DNA of 54,162 nt from an uncultured Gammaproteobacteria bacterium (GCA_964561035.1 CAZLNR010000003.1:3558-57719); one strand, 5' to 3'; counted from the first letter of the stretch, positions 8,223 to 18,956 are shown. Notes: a model not told the origin generated them from the sequence alone. A program made the numbers and translations.

Positions 8223-11200
8223 TTATTGTTTAAACCCAGTACCGGCTGGAATAAGTCTACCGATAATGACGTTTTCTTTAAGACCATCCAAGTAGTCAAT
8301 TTTACCAGTAATAGAAGTATTGATAAGCACCTTGGCTGTTTCCTGGAAGGAAGCTGCAGACAAGAAGCTTTGTGTGGAAAGAGAAACTTTGGAAATACCC
8401 AAGAACATTTCTCTGCCAACTGCTGATTTTCCACCATCTTTTTTAGCTTGACGATTGGAAAATTCTAATTGGGATTTTTCTACTACTTCACCAGGCAACA
8501 AATCGGTATCACCGGCATCTTCAATGTATACACGGCTAAACATTTGGCGAATGATGAGCTCTACGTGTTTATCGTTAACTTTCTGACCTTGAGAAGAGTA
8601 GATGTTCTGTACTTCTTGCAAGATATATCGCTGAACAGATTCTCTGCCCTTTAATTCAAACAATTGATGTGGGTTAATGCTGCCGTCGGTAAGAATATCA
8701 CCTTTCTCCACCTTGTCTCCAGTCTTAACCAAAATCTTATAGCCCATTGGAACGATATATTCTCGTACATGCGGACCTTCATAGGCTAAAGTGATGGTGT
8801 TTCGTTCAATTTTTACTGTACTTGGATATTTAGCAAGCACTTCTTCACCAGAAGCACCTCGCACTAATATCACCTGGTCTTTTTGTATAGAATCACCGTC
8901 TTTAACCATGATTTCATCTTCTGATTTGGTTTTAATTTTAATTTCATCCATGCCAGAGAAATGAATATGGATAATTTCTTGACCGCGGCGGCCTTCAAAA
9001 ATCTTTTTACCGCTTGGAGAAGTGATGATCTTTCCGTCTGCCTTTTCAATTTCAATTTCACCGCTCACTTCAGCGAGCATTGCCTGCTTCTTTGGAGTGC
9101 GAGCTTCAAATAATTCGTCTACACGAGGCAAACCTTGTGTAATATCGCCACCACCCGCCACACCACCAGTATGGAAGGTTCTCATGGTAAGCTGTGTACC
9201 CGGCTCACCAATGGATTGTGCAGCAATAATACCTACGGCCACGCCAAATTCTACCGGCTTGTTCTTTGACAAGTCAAAGCCATAACATTTGCGGCACACG
9301 CCTTTTTGCATATTACATTGCAAAATACTGCGTACCTTTACTGATTCTATTTTGTTTTCATCAATAGCGCGAGCAGCTTTATCATCAATCGCTTCACCTT
9401 CTTTTACCAGTACTTTATTACCGGCTTTAACAGTTTCTAGTACATATCTGCCCCAAACGCGATCTGACAATTTTTCACCCATTTCTTTTGATTGAGCAAC
9501 GGTAAAGAGTTCGCCGTTTGTATCGCCACAGTCTTCTTCAAACACAATTACATCTTGAGACACATCTACCAAACGACGAGTCAAATAACCAGCGTTCGCG
9601 GTACGAAGCGCGGTATCGGTCAAACCTTTTCTGGTACCGTGTGAAGAGATAAAGAATTCCAATACTTCAAAACCTTCTTTAAAGTTGCCTTTAACCGGCA
9701 ACTCAATGGTATCACCTGAAGGTGAAGCCACTAAACCTTTCATACCGATAACCTGACCAAGCTGACCCCAACTACCACGAGCACCAGAATCAATCATCGC
9801 GAATACTGGGCCGTCTTTGCGTAAAGTTTGTTGGTTCTTAGCAACAATCTTTTCTTTGGTTGCCGCCCAAATTTCCAAAATTTTGGCATGGCGTTCAGAT
9901 TGAGTAAGTAAACCTTCTTGATATTGCTCTTCTACCAACGCAACCACTTTGTCTGCTTCTTCCAACATTCCTGGTTTTTCCGAAATGGCTGGGAAATCAT
10001 CCATGCCTAATGAATAGCCGGATTTGGTTACATATCTATAACCAAGATTTTTCAATTCATCCAAGAAGAACGCAACCTCTTGCTGATCGCTTAACAATTC
10101 CAAGCACAAACGAATCACATGACCGAGTTTTTTCACAGTAATGGTTTCGTTAAAGTATGGGAGCTGTGGAGGTAAGATTTTATTGAACAAAATTCTACCG
10201 ACTGAAGTTTCCATAATAGGATTTGTTCCTTCAGGAAAACGGCTCACATCTTGGAAACGAACCTTGATGCGTTCTTGCAGTGTAATAACACGAGAACGAT
10301 AGGCCAAAATACTTTCTTGTTCAGAACTAAAATATTTCTTTACTTCTGCCACATCATCAGATTCGTAACGAGTCAAATAATAACATCCGAGTGCGATATC
10401 CTGTTTTGGCGTGATGACCGGACTGCCAGTAGCTGGTTTTAAGATATTTTTTTCTGCGGCCATTAAGTTGTCTGCTTCCCAACGAGCTTCAACTGTAAGC
10501 GGCAAGTGTACGGCCATCTGGTCACCATCGAAGTCGGCGTTAAACGCAGTACATACCAACGGATGCAACTGGATAGCTTTACCTTCAATCAAACGAGGGT
10601 GGAAAGCCTGAATACCAAGACGGTGCAAGGTTGGAGCGCGGTTTAAGAGCACGCGAGTCTTCTTTGTTAAATCTTCCAAAATGTCCCATACTTCATCGTG
10701 TTCGGCTTCAATATATTTGGAAGCGCTACGAACATTGTGAGCAAGCTCTCGCTTAATCACTTCACTCATGATAAACGGTTTAAAGAGTTCCAAAGCCATG
10801 CGTTTTGGCAAACCACATTCATCAATGTTTAAGTTTGGACCAACTACGATTACGGAACGGCCAGAGTAGTCCACACGCTTACCAAGCAAGTTCTGACGGA
10901 AACGACCCTGTTTACCTTTCAAAATATCTGCTAATGAGCGCAATTGTCTCTTTTGGCCTGTAGAGGCGGTTACAGTTTTTGCTTGTCTGGCGTTATTATC
11001 AACCAGCGCATCAACCGCTTCTTGCAACATGCGTTTTTCATTGCGGCAAATAACTTCCGGCGCATCCAACTCTAATAATCTGCGCAAACGATTATTGCGG
11101 TTAATTACACGGCGATATAAGTCATTAAGATCAGAAGTAGCAAAGCGGCCGCCATCAAGAGCAACCATTGGACGCAAATCTGGAGGAATAACTGGAATAG

Positions 11201-12098
11201 CTTGTAGGATCATCCATTCTGGGCGAACACTGTTAAGCAAAAAGCTCTTTAACACTTTTTTGCGGCGAATAACACGTTCTAATTTTGAACCCTTGGTTTT
11301 CTGCTGCTCTTCTTCCAATTTCTTTACGGTTTCCAATAAATCAATTCTGGATAATAAATTACGAACAGCTTCCGCACCGATTGAAGCTTCAAATAAATGG
11401 CCATAGCGCAATGAAAGTTCCTGATATTTATTTTCAGAAACAATTTTCATTACCTGCAATTCTTTGAGTTCTTTGTCTGCTTGCTGGAAATCTTCTTCCA
11501 AAGCACGATGTTTTCTTTCGGTTTCTTCTTGAATTTTTTCCAAATCTTTTGCTCCTAATTTTTTATCATTGGCATTTTTAATTTGATCCTGACCTTCTTT
11601 TTCAATTTGTTTTTTCTTGGTTTTATATTCCTGACGCAATAAATCGGCAGTCTTTTTCTTTTCTTCTTCGTTAACGTGAGTAATAACAAACGCAGCAAAG
11701 TACACAACTTTTTCCAGCGCTTGAGCAGACAAATCTAAGATCAAACCGATCTTGGAAGGCACAGATCGCAAAAACCAAATATGAGCCACCGGAGTAGATA
11801 GATCAATATGGCCCATGCGTTCACGACGAACCGAAGAATGAGTAACTTCTACACCACATTTATCACAAACAATGCCTTTATAGCGGATTTTTTTATACTT
11901 TCCGCAATAGCATTCCCAGTCTTTTACCGGGCCAAAAATTTCTTCGGCAAACAAACCGCCTTTTTCAGGTTTTTGCGTACGATAATTAATGGTTTCCGGC
12001 TTGTTAACTTCACCGTATGACCAAGCTTTGATTACTTCAGGAGAAGCAAGTTTGAGGCGAATGGCATCAAAGTCGGCAGGGAAAATATTATCATTCAT
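8223..12098 (-). CDS. rpoC: DNA-directed RNA polymerase subunit beta'
   Basis: NADFDGDQMAVH catalytic motif, N-terminal Zn-binding CxC...CxxC, 1291 aa. Confidence 0.98.
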   Translation of the reverse strand: MNDNIFPADFDAIRLKLASPEVIKAWSYGEVNKPETINYRTQKPEKGGLFAEEIFGPVKDWECYCGKYKKIRYKGIVCDKCGVEVTHSSVRRERMGHIDLSTPVAHIWFLRSVPSKIGLILDLSAQALEKVVYFAAFVITHVNEEEKKKTADLLRQEYKTKKKQIEKEGQDQIKNANDKKLGAKDLEKIQEETERKHRALEEDFQQADKELKELQVMKIVSENKYQELSLRYGHLFEASIGAEAVRNLLSRIDLLETVKKLEEEQQKTKGSKLERVIRRKKVLKSFLLNSVRPEWMILQAIPVIPPDLRPMVALDGGRFATSDLNDLYRRVINRNNRLRRLLELDAPEVICRNEKRMLQEAVDALVDNNARQAKTVTASTGQKRQLRSLADILKGKQGRFRQNLLGKRVDYSGRSVIVVGPNLNIDECGLPKRMALELFKPFIMSEVIKRELAHNVRSASKYIEAEHDEVWDILEDLTKKTRVLLNRAPTLHRLGIQAFHPRLIEGKAIQLHPLVCTAFNADFDGDQMAVHLPLTVEARWEADNLMAAEKNILKPATGSPVITPKQDIALGCYYLTRYESDDVAEVKKYFSSEQESILAYRSRVITLQERIKVRFQDVSRFPEGTNPIMETSVGRILFNKILPPQLPYFNETITVKKLGHVIRLCLELLSDQQEVAFFLDELKNLGYRYVTKSGYSLGMDDFPAISEKPGMLEEADKVVALVEEQYQEGLLTQSERHAKILEIWAATKEKIVAKNQQTLRKDGPVFAMIDSGARGSWGQLGQVIGMKGLVASPSGDTIELPVKGNFKEGFEVLEFFISSHGTRKGLTDTALRTANAGYLTRRLVDVSQDVIVFEEDCGDTNGELFTVAQSKEMGEKLSDRVWGRYVLETVKAGNKVLVKEGEAIDDKAARAIDENKIESVKVRSILQCNMQKGVCRKCYGFDLSKNKPVEFGVAVGIIAAQSIGEPGTQLTMRTFHTGGVAGGGDITQGLPRVDELFEARTPKKQAMLAEVSGEIEIEKADGKIITSPSGKKIFEGRRGQEIIHIHFSGMDEIKIKTKSEDEIMVKDGDSIQKDQVILVRGASGEEVLAKYPSTVKIERNTITLAYEGPHVREYIVPMGYKILVKTGDKVEKGDILTDGSINPHQLFELKGRESVQRYILQEVQNIYSSQGQKVNDKHVELIIRQMFSRVYIEDAGDTDLLPGEVVEKSQLEFSNRQAKKDGGKSAVGREMFLGISKVSLSTQSFLSAASFQETAKVLINTSITGKIDYLDGLKENVIIGRLIPAGTGFKQ

Positions 12099-12127
12099 AT
12101 AATTTAGTAAGGTTATTCAAGTTAAGA

Positions 12128-15100
12128 TTATTTATTACTATCTTTCCCTTCCGAACCTTCATTTCCTCCATTGCCTTCCGACCTTGCATCTTTTTCTTGT
12201 TGTCGTTTTACTTCTTCCATTGGCCTATACTCGCCGGACTCTGATTTTTTGAGCAACTCCACATCCAAACATAAACCTTTTAATTCTCGCACCAGCACAT
12301 TGAAAGATTCTGGCAGGTTTACTCGGCTAATTTGTTCGCCCTTAATAATTGCTTCGTATGCTTTGGAACGTCCAGGAACATCGTCGGATTTAATAGTTAA
12401 AATTTCTTGCAAGGTATGCGCTGCGCCGTATGCTTCCAAAGCCCACACTTCCATTTCACCGAATCTCTGACCACCAAACTGAGCTTTACCGCCCAATGGC
12501 TGTTGAGTAATTAAACTGTATGGACCGGTTGAACGTTGGTGGATCTTATCTTCAACCATGTGGTTCAATTTCAACATATAGTTATAACCTACAGTTACTT
12601 TGTGGTCATACGGTTCACCAGTTCGTCCATCATATAAAGTTACTTGACCGCTGGTAGGCAAGCCTGCTTTTTCTAATTCTTCTTTAATTTGAGCTTCGGT
12701 AATACCGTTTAAAATTGGAGTTGCAACTTTATATCCTAAAGCATTTGCAGCCAATCCAAGGTGGGTTTCCAAAATCTGACCGAGGTTCATACGAGAAATA
12801 ACACCGAGTGGAGACAAAATAATATCAACTGGCGTACCATCCTCTAGGAACGGCATGTCTTCAGCTGGAACTACTTTTGAAATAACACCTTTGTTACCGT
12901 GGCGGCCGGCCATTTTATCACCAACTTGAATTTTGCGCTGATCGGCAACACGTACTTGCACCTGCTTAATAACGCCTGGCTGCAATTTATCGCCATTTTC
13001 TGTAGAGAACACTTTAATACCTGTTACACGTCCGTGTTCGCCATGTTCTAAATACAAAGATGAATCGCGCACATCGCGAGCTTTTTCACCAAAGATAGCG
13101 CGCAATAATCGTTCTTCCGCAGAAAGCTCGGTTTCACCTTTTGGTGTAATTTTACCCACCAAAATATCACCGGATTTTGCTTCCGCGCCAATACGGATAA
13201 CACCTTCGCTATCCAAATTCTTTAATTTTTCTTCACTTACATTTGGAATATCTGCTGTAATAACTTCCGGACCAAGCTTGGTTTCACGAACATCAATAGT
13301 ATAATCTTCAATATGAATAGAAGTGAAACGATCTTGCTGTACTACGCGCTCTGATACGATGATCGCGTCTTCATAGTTATACCCGTCCCAAACCATGTAC
13401 GCCACCAGCATATTTTGTCCTAAAGCCAATTCGCCATCTTTAATACCAGGACCATCAGTCAATCCTTGACCTTTCTTCACCTTGTCACCCAACTGAACAA
13501 CTGGTGTTTGGTTAACACAGGTTGAATGGTTGGAACGAATAAATTTGCTGAGATAGTATGTGTGTTTAACATTTTTCTTGTCGGTTACCACAATGTGATT
13601 ACCATCAACTTCAGTAACTTCACCATCAACTTCAGACAAAATAACATATCCTGAATAATATGCTGCGCTTGCCTCTACACCTGTACCAACCAACGGTTGT
13701 TGCGGACGAATACATGGCACAGCCTGCCTTTGCATGTTTGTACCCATGAGCGCGCGAGTAGCATCGTCGTGCTCCAAAAATGGAATACAAGAGGTTGCAA
13801 TACTAATAATCTGATTTGAAGCTACGTCAATATAATCCAGATCACTGGTTCTGCCGACACCCGGATTGCCGTGAATACGAGCTGGCACATTTTCTTCTAA
13901 GAAATATCCGCGTTCATCAACTTTTGTGGTTGCAGCGGCAGTTTTCACTTTTTCTTCTTTAAACGCATTAAGGAAAACAATTTCATTAGTAACACGAGCA
14001 CGAACTGGAATTTCTTTAATTTTTTCTTTGGATAATTTTACCGCAAGATCTTTGGTAATTTGCGTACCAGCTTTAATACCAGCAATTTCTTGGGACAAAA
14101 TTTCACCTTCGGTAAATTGAGGTTCATTTGGCACAGATTTTAATACTTTTCTGTATGGAGTTTCAATGAAACCAAATTCATTTACTCGAGCAAAACTGGA
14201 AAGGTGGTTTACCAAACCAATGTTCGGACCTTCTGGAGTGGCAATCGGACAAATACGGCCATAGTGAGTGGTGTGCACATCGCGAACTTCAAAGCCGGCG
14301 CGATCACGAGACAAACCTCCTGGACCCAGCGCACTTACGCGACGCTTATGCTCCAACTCGGATAACGGATTGGTCTGATCCATAAACTGAGACAACTGAG
14401 AACTCATAAAGAATTCTCTGATGGCACTAATTACCGGACGAGCATTTACTAACTTATTTGGTGATAATGCATCAATTTCTTGAGTACTCATTCTGTCTTT
14501 TACGATACGCTCCATACGAGCCAAACCAACACGGAATCTGTTCTGAGCCAATTCACCCACAGCGCGAATACGGCGATTTCCTAAGTGATCAATATCATCC
14601 GGCTCTTCTTGAGTAACATTTAAGCGAACCACTTCTTTAAGCACAGCCAATAATTTTTCCGGCGACAAAACCCTATTTTCCTTTTTATCAAAATCTTCGT
14701 TTTTATATCCTAAATCAAATTTAGTATTAAATTTATACACACCAACTCTGCCCAAATCGTATCTATCAAAATTAAAGAACATGGCAAAAATCAAACTCTT
14801 GGCATTATCAGCTGTTGCCAAATCTCCTGGACGAATTCTTTTATATACTTCGATCAAACCTTCATCTTGATTAGTGGAAATATCTTTTTTAAGTGTTGCA
14901 TCCACATAATCTATGCTTGGATGATTGTTAACACTGGTAAACAATTCCAAAATTTCAGCGTCATTCTGGTAGCCAAACGCGCGTAACAAAGAAGTTGCTG
15001 GCATTTTACGCTTGCGATCAACCTTGATCCAGATAACATTATTCATATCTGTTTCAATTTCAATCCAAGCACCGCGATTTGGGATGATTTTTGCACCATA

Positions 15101-15571
15101 ATAACGGCGGCCACGAATATTTTCCGCAGTAAAGAACGCACCGGAACTGCGGATAAGCTGAGAAACCACCACACGTTCAATGCCGTTTACGATAAAAGTA
15201 CCGCGGTGGGTCATTAGAGGAATATCGCCCAAATAAATTTCTTGAGATTTTGATTGTCCAGTACGCTTATTTAGCAAGCGAGCGGTAACGCGCAAAGGAG
15301 CTTCAAAGGTTAAATTTCTTTCTCGGCAAACAACTTCATCAAACTTTGGCTCATCAAGATAGTAATTTTCAAGATATAACTCTAGATCTCGGCCGCTAAA
15401 ATCGGTCATTGGGGATACTTCTTCAAAAAGATCTTTAATGCCAAATTTTAAAAACCAGTCATAGGAACTTTTTTGCACATCAATTAAGTCTGGTACCGGC
15501 ATTGCATCACGCACATTGGTAAAAAACTTTCGTTCAGCAGTCTTCAGATTTTGGCGCTTAAAGATGGGCAT
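12128..15571 (-). CDS. rpoB: DNA-directed RNA polymerase subunit beta
   Basis: Typical RpoB blocks (GRHGNKGV, NMQRQAVP, SRMNLGQ); 1147 aa; immediately upstream of rpoC. Confidence 0.98.
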   Translation of the reverse strand: MPIFKRQNLKTAERKFFTNVRDAMPVPDLIDVQKSSYDWFLKFGIKDLFEEVSPMTDFSGRDLELYLENYYLDEPKFDEVVCRERNLTFEAPLRVTARLLNKRTGQSKSQEIYLGDIPLMTHRGTFIVNGIERVVVSQLIRSSGAFFTAENIRGRRYYGAKIIPNRGAWIEIETDMNNVIWIKVDRKRKMPATSLLRAFGYQNDAEILELFTSVNNHPSIDYVDATLKKDISTNQDEGLIEVYKRIRPGDLATADNAKSLIFAMFFNFDRYDLGRVGVYKFNTKFDLGYKNEDFDKKENRVLSPEKLLAVLKEVVRLNVTQEEPDDIDHLGNRRIRAVGELAQNRFRVGLARMERIVKDRMSTQEIDALSPNKLVNARPVISAIREFFMSSQLSQFMDQTNPLSELEHKRRVSALGPGGLSRDRAGFEVRDVHTTHYGRICPIATPEGPNIGLVNHLSSFARVNEFGFIETPYRKVLKSVPNEPQFTEGEILSQEIAGIKAGTQITKDLAVKLSKEKIKEIPVRARVTNEIVFLNAFKEEKVKTAAATTKVDERGYFLEENVPARIHGNPGVGRTSDLDYIDVASNQIISIATSCIPFLEHDDATRALMGTNMQRQAVPCIRPQQPLVGTGVEASAAYYSGYVILSEVDGEVTEVDGNHIVVTDKKNVKHTYYLSKFIRSNHSTCVNQTPVVQLGDKVKKGQGLTDGPGIKDGELALGQNMLVAYMVWDGYNYEDAIIVSERVVQQDRFTSIHIEDYTIDVRETKLGPEVITADIPNVSEEKLKNLDSEGVIRIGAEAKSGDILVGKITPKGETELSAEERLLRAIFGEKARDVRDSSLYLEHGEHGRVTGIKVFSTENGDKLQPGVIKQVQVRVADQRKIQVGDKMAGRHGNKGVISKVVPAEDMPFLEDGTPVDIILSPLGVISRMNLGQILETHLGLAANALGYKVATPILNGITEAQIKEELEKAGLPTSGQVTLYDGRTGEPYDHKVTVGYNYMLKLNHMVEDKIHQRSTGPYSLITQQPLGGKAQFGGQRFGEMEVWALEAYGAAHTLQEILTIKSDDVPGRSKAYEAIIKGEQISRVNLPESFNVLVRELKGLCLDVELLKKSESGEYRPMEEVKRQQEKDARSEGNGGNEGSEGKDSNK

Positions 15572-15843
15572 ATTTTTAAATTTTATTGATTATTTTTTTA
15601 GAAAAATTATATTGTTTTTATTGATATTTTAGCCAAAAAATTGTATTGGAAACAAAAAATGGCGCCAAGTGGCGTTTATTGTTCCTTTTTCTTAAAATTT
15701 AGCTTGTAAAAGCAAGGCCAGCATGTTTTATTATTTATTTCCTTGCACGACTTTGCAACCTTCTCTCTAAAGGATTGCGAAATTTTGCGCTAATTTAAGC
15801 CAAAACTTTTTCTCTCTCTTCTACGGAAGTAAAAAGTACTTAA

Positions 15844-15872
15844 ATATTACGCTAAAAATAAACTATTGTCAA
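15844..15872 (-). promoter_or_regulatory. Candidate rpoBC promoter: TTGACA, 17-nt spacer, TAATAT. It would give a ~265-nt leader.
   Basis: The reverse complement reads TTGACA-atagtttatttttagcg-TAATAT. Confidence 0.45.
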
Positions 15873-16136
15873 GCAATAAAAATAATTTTCTGTTTGTCAA
15901 GATAACAACTTATTTTGGCTAATACAAGCTAAATAACCACAGAAAATATGCTCTTTGCTAAAAATCTATCCACAACTTATACACAAAGCCGGCCAACATG
16001 CTCTATTTCACCACCTAGCCCCATCTTTTTATTCCACTTCTCTCCCCTCTTAGCTATTTTTAATACAAAAATACCACCACACACACCCAAACCGGCAAGC
16101 TATTTTGTAAATTTCCGTTTATTTACACACACACAT

Positions 16137-16160
16137 AATTGTTTTGCATGCAAAACAATT
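16137..16160. repeat. 24-bp perfect palindrome AATTGTTTTGCA|TGCAAAACAATT in the rpoB/ftsK intergenic region
   Basis: Direct reading; self-complementary over all 24 nt. Confidence 0.9.
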
Positions 16161-16259
16161 TGATTATGCTTATAACGTGATTTTTCCGGCTGAAAAATGT
16201 ATCAATATATAAAATTCACGACAATATTTTTTCTGAAAAAAAATATTTTATATCTAAAC

Positions 16260-16287
16260 TTGACAAATAATTTTTTCATTATAAAAT
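16260..16287 (+). promoter_or_regulatory. Candidate plus-strand promoter: TTGACA, 16-nt spacer, TAAAAT
   Basis: cTTGACAaataattttttcattaTAAAAT. No CDS begins within ~300 nt downstream. Confidence 0.35.
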
Positions 16288-16508
16288 ATCAAGCATAATT
16301 TCAATTAAAAAAATTCTTTTACAGTTTTCTTCAGGAAGTTGCGCAAGAACTGATGTCTCAACCGGATCGGATTTTTAAAACAAATCTCTCTCTTTTCTCT
16401 TGAACATTTTTTTGTTCAGAGAAAGTTTTCTAACTTTGATCCGTTAGTTAAAACATGCAATTCTTGCCGCAGCTTTTTGAAGAAAAGAGCGCATATTGAC
16501 ACACAAAG

Positions 16509-16535
16509 ATCTCCGAGATGGAGATTTTTGTTTTA
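16509..16535 (+). terminator. Terminator-like hairpin with T-run (ATCTCC-gagat-GGAGAT-TTTTGTTTT) inside the intergenic region
   Basis: 6-bp stem, 5-nt loop, then a T-rich tail. It lies upstream of the ftsK promoter. Confidence 0.4.
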
Positions 16536-16543
16536 TTCTTCCG

Positions 16544-16568
16544 TTGTAGCCAAAAATTATGCTATAAT
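16544..16568 (+). promoter_or_regulatory. Candidate ftsK promoter with extended -10 TGCTATAAT
   Basis: TGcTATAAT at 16560..16568, 32 nt before the ATG at 16601. The -35-like TTGTAG has a short spacer. Confidence 0.45.
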
Positions 16569-16600
16569 ATGCGTGTATTTGCTTTTTTACACCTCTTCAT

Positions 16601-18901
16601 ATGCCCAAACAACGAGCCAAAAAACAAGCCTCTGCCGAACATGTCAACCTAAATCCAGACATCAGCCGAGGACTATTGGCAATTTTACTTTTTATAGTTG
16701 GCGGATTATCCGCGCTTAGTTTTTTTTCACTCGCAGGAGTTGCTGGAGAATTTTTAGACTCACTATTGGCTATTACATTTGGCCAAGTGCGATATATCTT
16801 CCCAATTATTTTATTTGTTATTGCCAGTTTGATTGTAAAAGACATGGAATATCAATATCGCGCCACGCACTGGCTTGGTTCAGCGCTGTTTGTGATTGGT
16901 TTTAACGCAATTGTTCATCTGCAAAAACCAGTAAATGAAATGTTTTTGCAAGCAACCCAAGGATATGGCGGCGGACTTGTCGGCTATGTGCCAGCCTGGT
17001 TTCTATCTACGTACATAGGCTATTGGGGCGCAACCATGGTCCTGGTCGCATTTATACTGGTCGGTATTATATTTTTATTCAATACATCTTTGGCGCACAT
17101 TGTAGATCTGCACAAACAAATATTTTTAATGTTTGGCTGGGCAGGACAAAAAATAGTCAGCTTCTTTACCGGGTTTAAAAAAGATCAAACAGGATTACAG
17201 GTACGAGGCGAGTACCAAGAAGGGCCAGAAGAAGAAACAGAGGAGGGCGATACTGATGATGAACAAGAACAGCGTAGATTATTCCAACAAAAAATATTGG
17301 CCAGAAAAGCAGCAGAGGCGGAAACTGAAAATGAAGAAGAAGGCGAAGAAAGCGATACTGAACCAGGACAGCCGATGGAAATGCCTAAACCTCCTAAACC
17401 AATTATTCGCGACCTGCCGCCGGTTGATTTATTATATACTTCAAAAAGCAAACCAACTTCTGGAGATATTAAAAGCAACGCAGAAGTTATCAGAGATACA
17501 TTCCAAAACTTTGGCATCGATGTAGAAATGGGTGAAATCCGTGTTGGGCCAACAGTTACACAGTATTCATTAAAACCTGCCAAAGGAATAAAGCTTACTC
17601 GCATCACCAATTTAAGCAACGACTTAGCGCTTGCCTTGGCTGCCCATCCTATTCGTATTGAAGCCCCAATTCCAGGACAATCACTGGTAGGTATTGAAGT
17701 GCCAAATCAAAAAGTGGCTATGGTTACCATACGAGAACTTCTGGAAAGTCCCGAATTTAAAAACCCAGAAAAACATAGCATGATGATCGCGCTCGGCAAA
17801 GACGTTGCCGGCAAAGTTTGGTTTGGCGACCTGCTCAAAATGCCTCATCTTTTGGTTGCAGGTTCTACCGGTTCAGGAAAAACAGTTTGTATAAACACTA
17901 TTATTTTAAGCTTGCTCTACCAAAATACTGCTGAAACTTTACGTTTTATCATGGTCGATCCAAAACGCGTTGAATTAACTTTATACAATGGCATTCCTCA
18001 CCTACTCACACCGGTTATTACCGACCCTGCCAAGACAGTAAATGCGCTTAAATGGTCCATTGGAGAAATGGATAGGCGCTTTACTATACTGGCCGAAGCT
18101 GGCAAACGCGATATTGGATCGTACAACAAATCTGCAGCCGAACCAATGCCATATATTGTGTTTGTTATTGATGAATTGGCAGACTTAATGGCTATGGCTG
18201 CCAGCGAAGTGGAGGCAGGTATTATTCGTTTAGCGCAAATGGCTCGCGCAGTTGGCATTCATTTAATTGTCGCCACTCAGCGCCCAAGCGTAGAAGTAAT
18301 TACCGGTTTGATGAAAGCAAATATTCCAGCGCGCATCGCTTTTTCTGTAGCATCGCTTATTGACTCGCGCACTATCTTGGATTCTCCTGGCGCGGAAAAA
18401 TTATTAGGGCGCGGCGACATGTTGTTTTTAACCGCAGAACTTTCCAAACCAAAACGATTACAGGGCGCCTTTGTTTCTGAAGAAGAAATGAAACGGGTTA
18501 TTGATAATTTAAAAGGAGATGAACCTCCTGTATACGACGAATCTATTACTTCAAAAAACTCTGGCAGCTCATCAGGCAGCACGGCCAGCATGTTTGGCGG
18601 CTCAAACAGCGACGTAGATCCGCTCTTTGACGAAGCTAAAAAAATTATCATTGAATCTGGCAAAGCCAGCGCCTCCCTTTTGCAGCGACGCATGAAGGTT
18701 GGTTATGCTCGCGCCGCTCGCCTCTTGGACGAACTTGAAGAAGCTGGTATAGTAGGACCAGCCGATGGCGCCAAACCTCGCGAAGTCTTTACCGAGCATT
18801 TCCGCCCCGAACAAGATAATGACATTCCTGAAGAAAAACAAACCTTTGATGCGGGCGGTCCTCCAGTTTTTTCTGACCCTAAAGATTCCCAACCGTTATA
18901 G
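16601..18901 (+). CDS. ftsK: DNA translocase FtsK/SpoIIIE
   Basis: N-terminal TM helices, acidic linker, motor domain (GSTGSGKT Walker A, VIDELADL Walker B) and a C-terminal gamma wHTH (LLQRRMKVGYARAARLLDELE). Confidence 0.95.
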   Translation: MPKQRAKKQASAEHVNLNPDISRGLLAILLFIVGGLSALSFFSLAGVAGEFLDSLLAITFGQVRYIFPIILFVIASLIVKDMEYQYRATHWLGSALFVIGFNAIVHLQKPVNEMFLQATQGYGGGLVGYVPAWFLSTYIGYWGATMVLVAFILVGIIFLFNTSLAHIVDLHKQIFLMFGWAGQKIVSFFTGFKKDQTGLQVRGEYQEGPEEETEEGDTDDEQEQRRLFQQKILARKAAEAETENEEEGEESDTEPGQPMEMPKPPKPIIRDLPPVDLLYTSKSKPTSGDIKSNAEVIRDTFQNFGIDVEMGEIRVGPTVTQYSLKPAKGIKLTRITNLSNDLALALAAHPIRIEAPIPGQSLVGIEVPNQKVAMVTIRELLESPEFKNPEKHSMMIALGKDVAGKVWFGDLLKMPHLLVAGSTGSGKTVCINTIILSLLYQNTAETLRFIMVDPKRVELTLYNGIPHLLTPVITDPAKTVNALKWSIGEMDRRFTILAEAGKRDIGSYNKSAAEPMPYIVFVIDELADLMAMAASEVEAGIIRLAQMARAVGIHLIVATQRPSVEVITGLMKANIPARIAFSVASLIDSRTILDSPGAEKLLGRGDMLFLTAELSKPKRLQGAFVSEEEMKRVIDNLKGDEPPVYDESITSKNSGSSSGSTASMFGGSNSDVDPLFDEAKKIIIESGKASASLLQRRMKVGYARAARLLDELEEAGIVGPADGAKPREVFTEHFRPEQDNDIPEEKQTFDAGGPPVFSDPKDSQPL

Positions 18902-18956
18902 CGCTGTACAAAATTTTAATTTGATTATATAAGCTGATTTTATTGACCTTTACGAT

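Noticed and set aside
15655-15685. Hairpin plus T-run (CGCC-actt-GGCG then ATTTTTTG on the minus strand) as a transcription attenuator in the rpoB leader
   Set aside because: Only a 4-bp stem can form with a viable loop. That is too weak to call a terminator or attenuator without experimental or comparative support.
15948-16719. Track ORFs 15948..16163 (+), 16477..16719 (+) and 16597..16845 (-) in or around the rpoB/ftsK intergenic region
   Set aside because: They have low-complexity composition and no ribosome-binding context. They run through predicted promoter or terminator elements or the ftsK start, and they are most likely non-coding.
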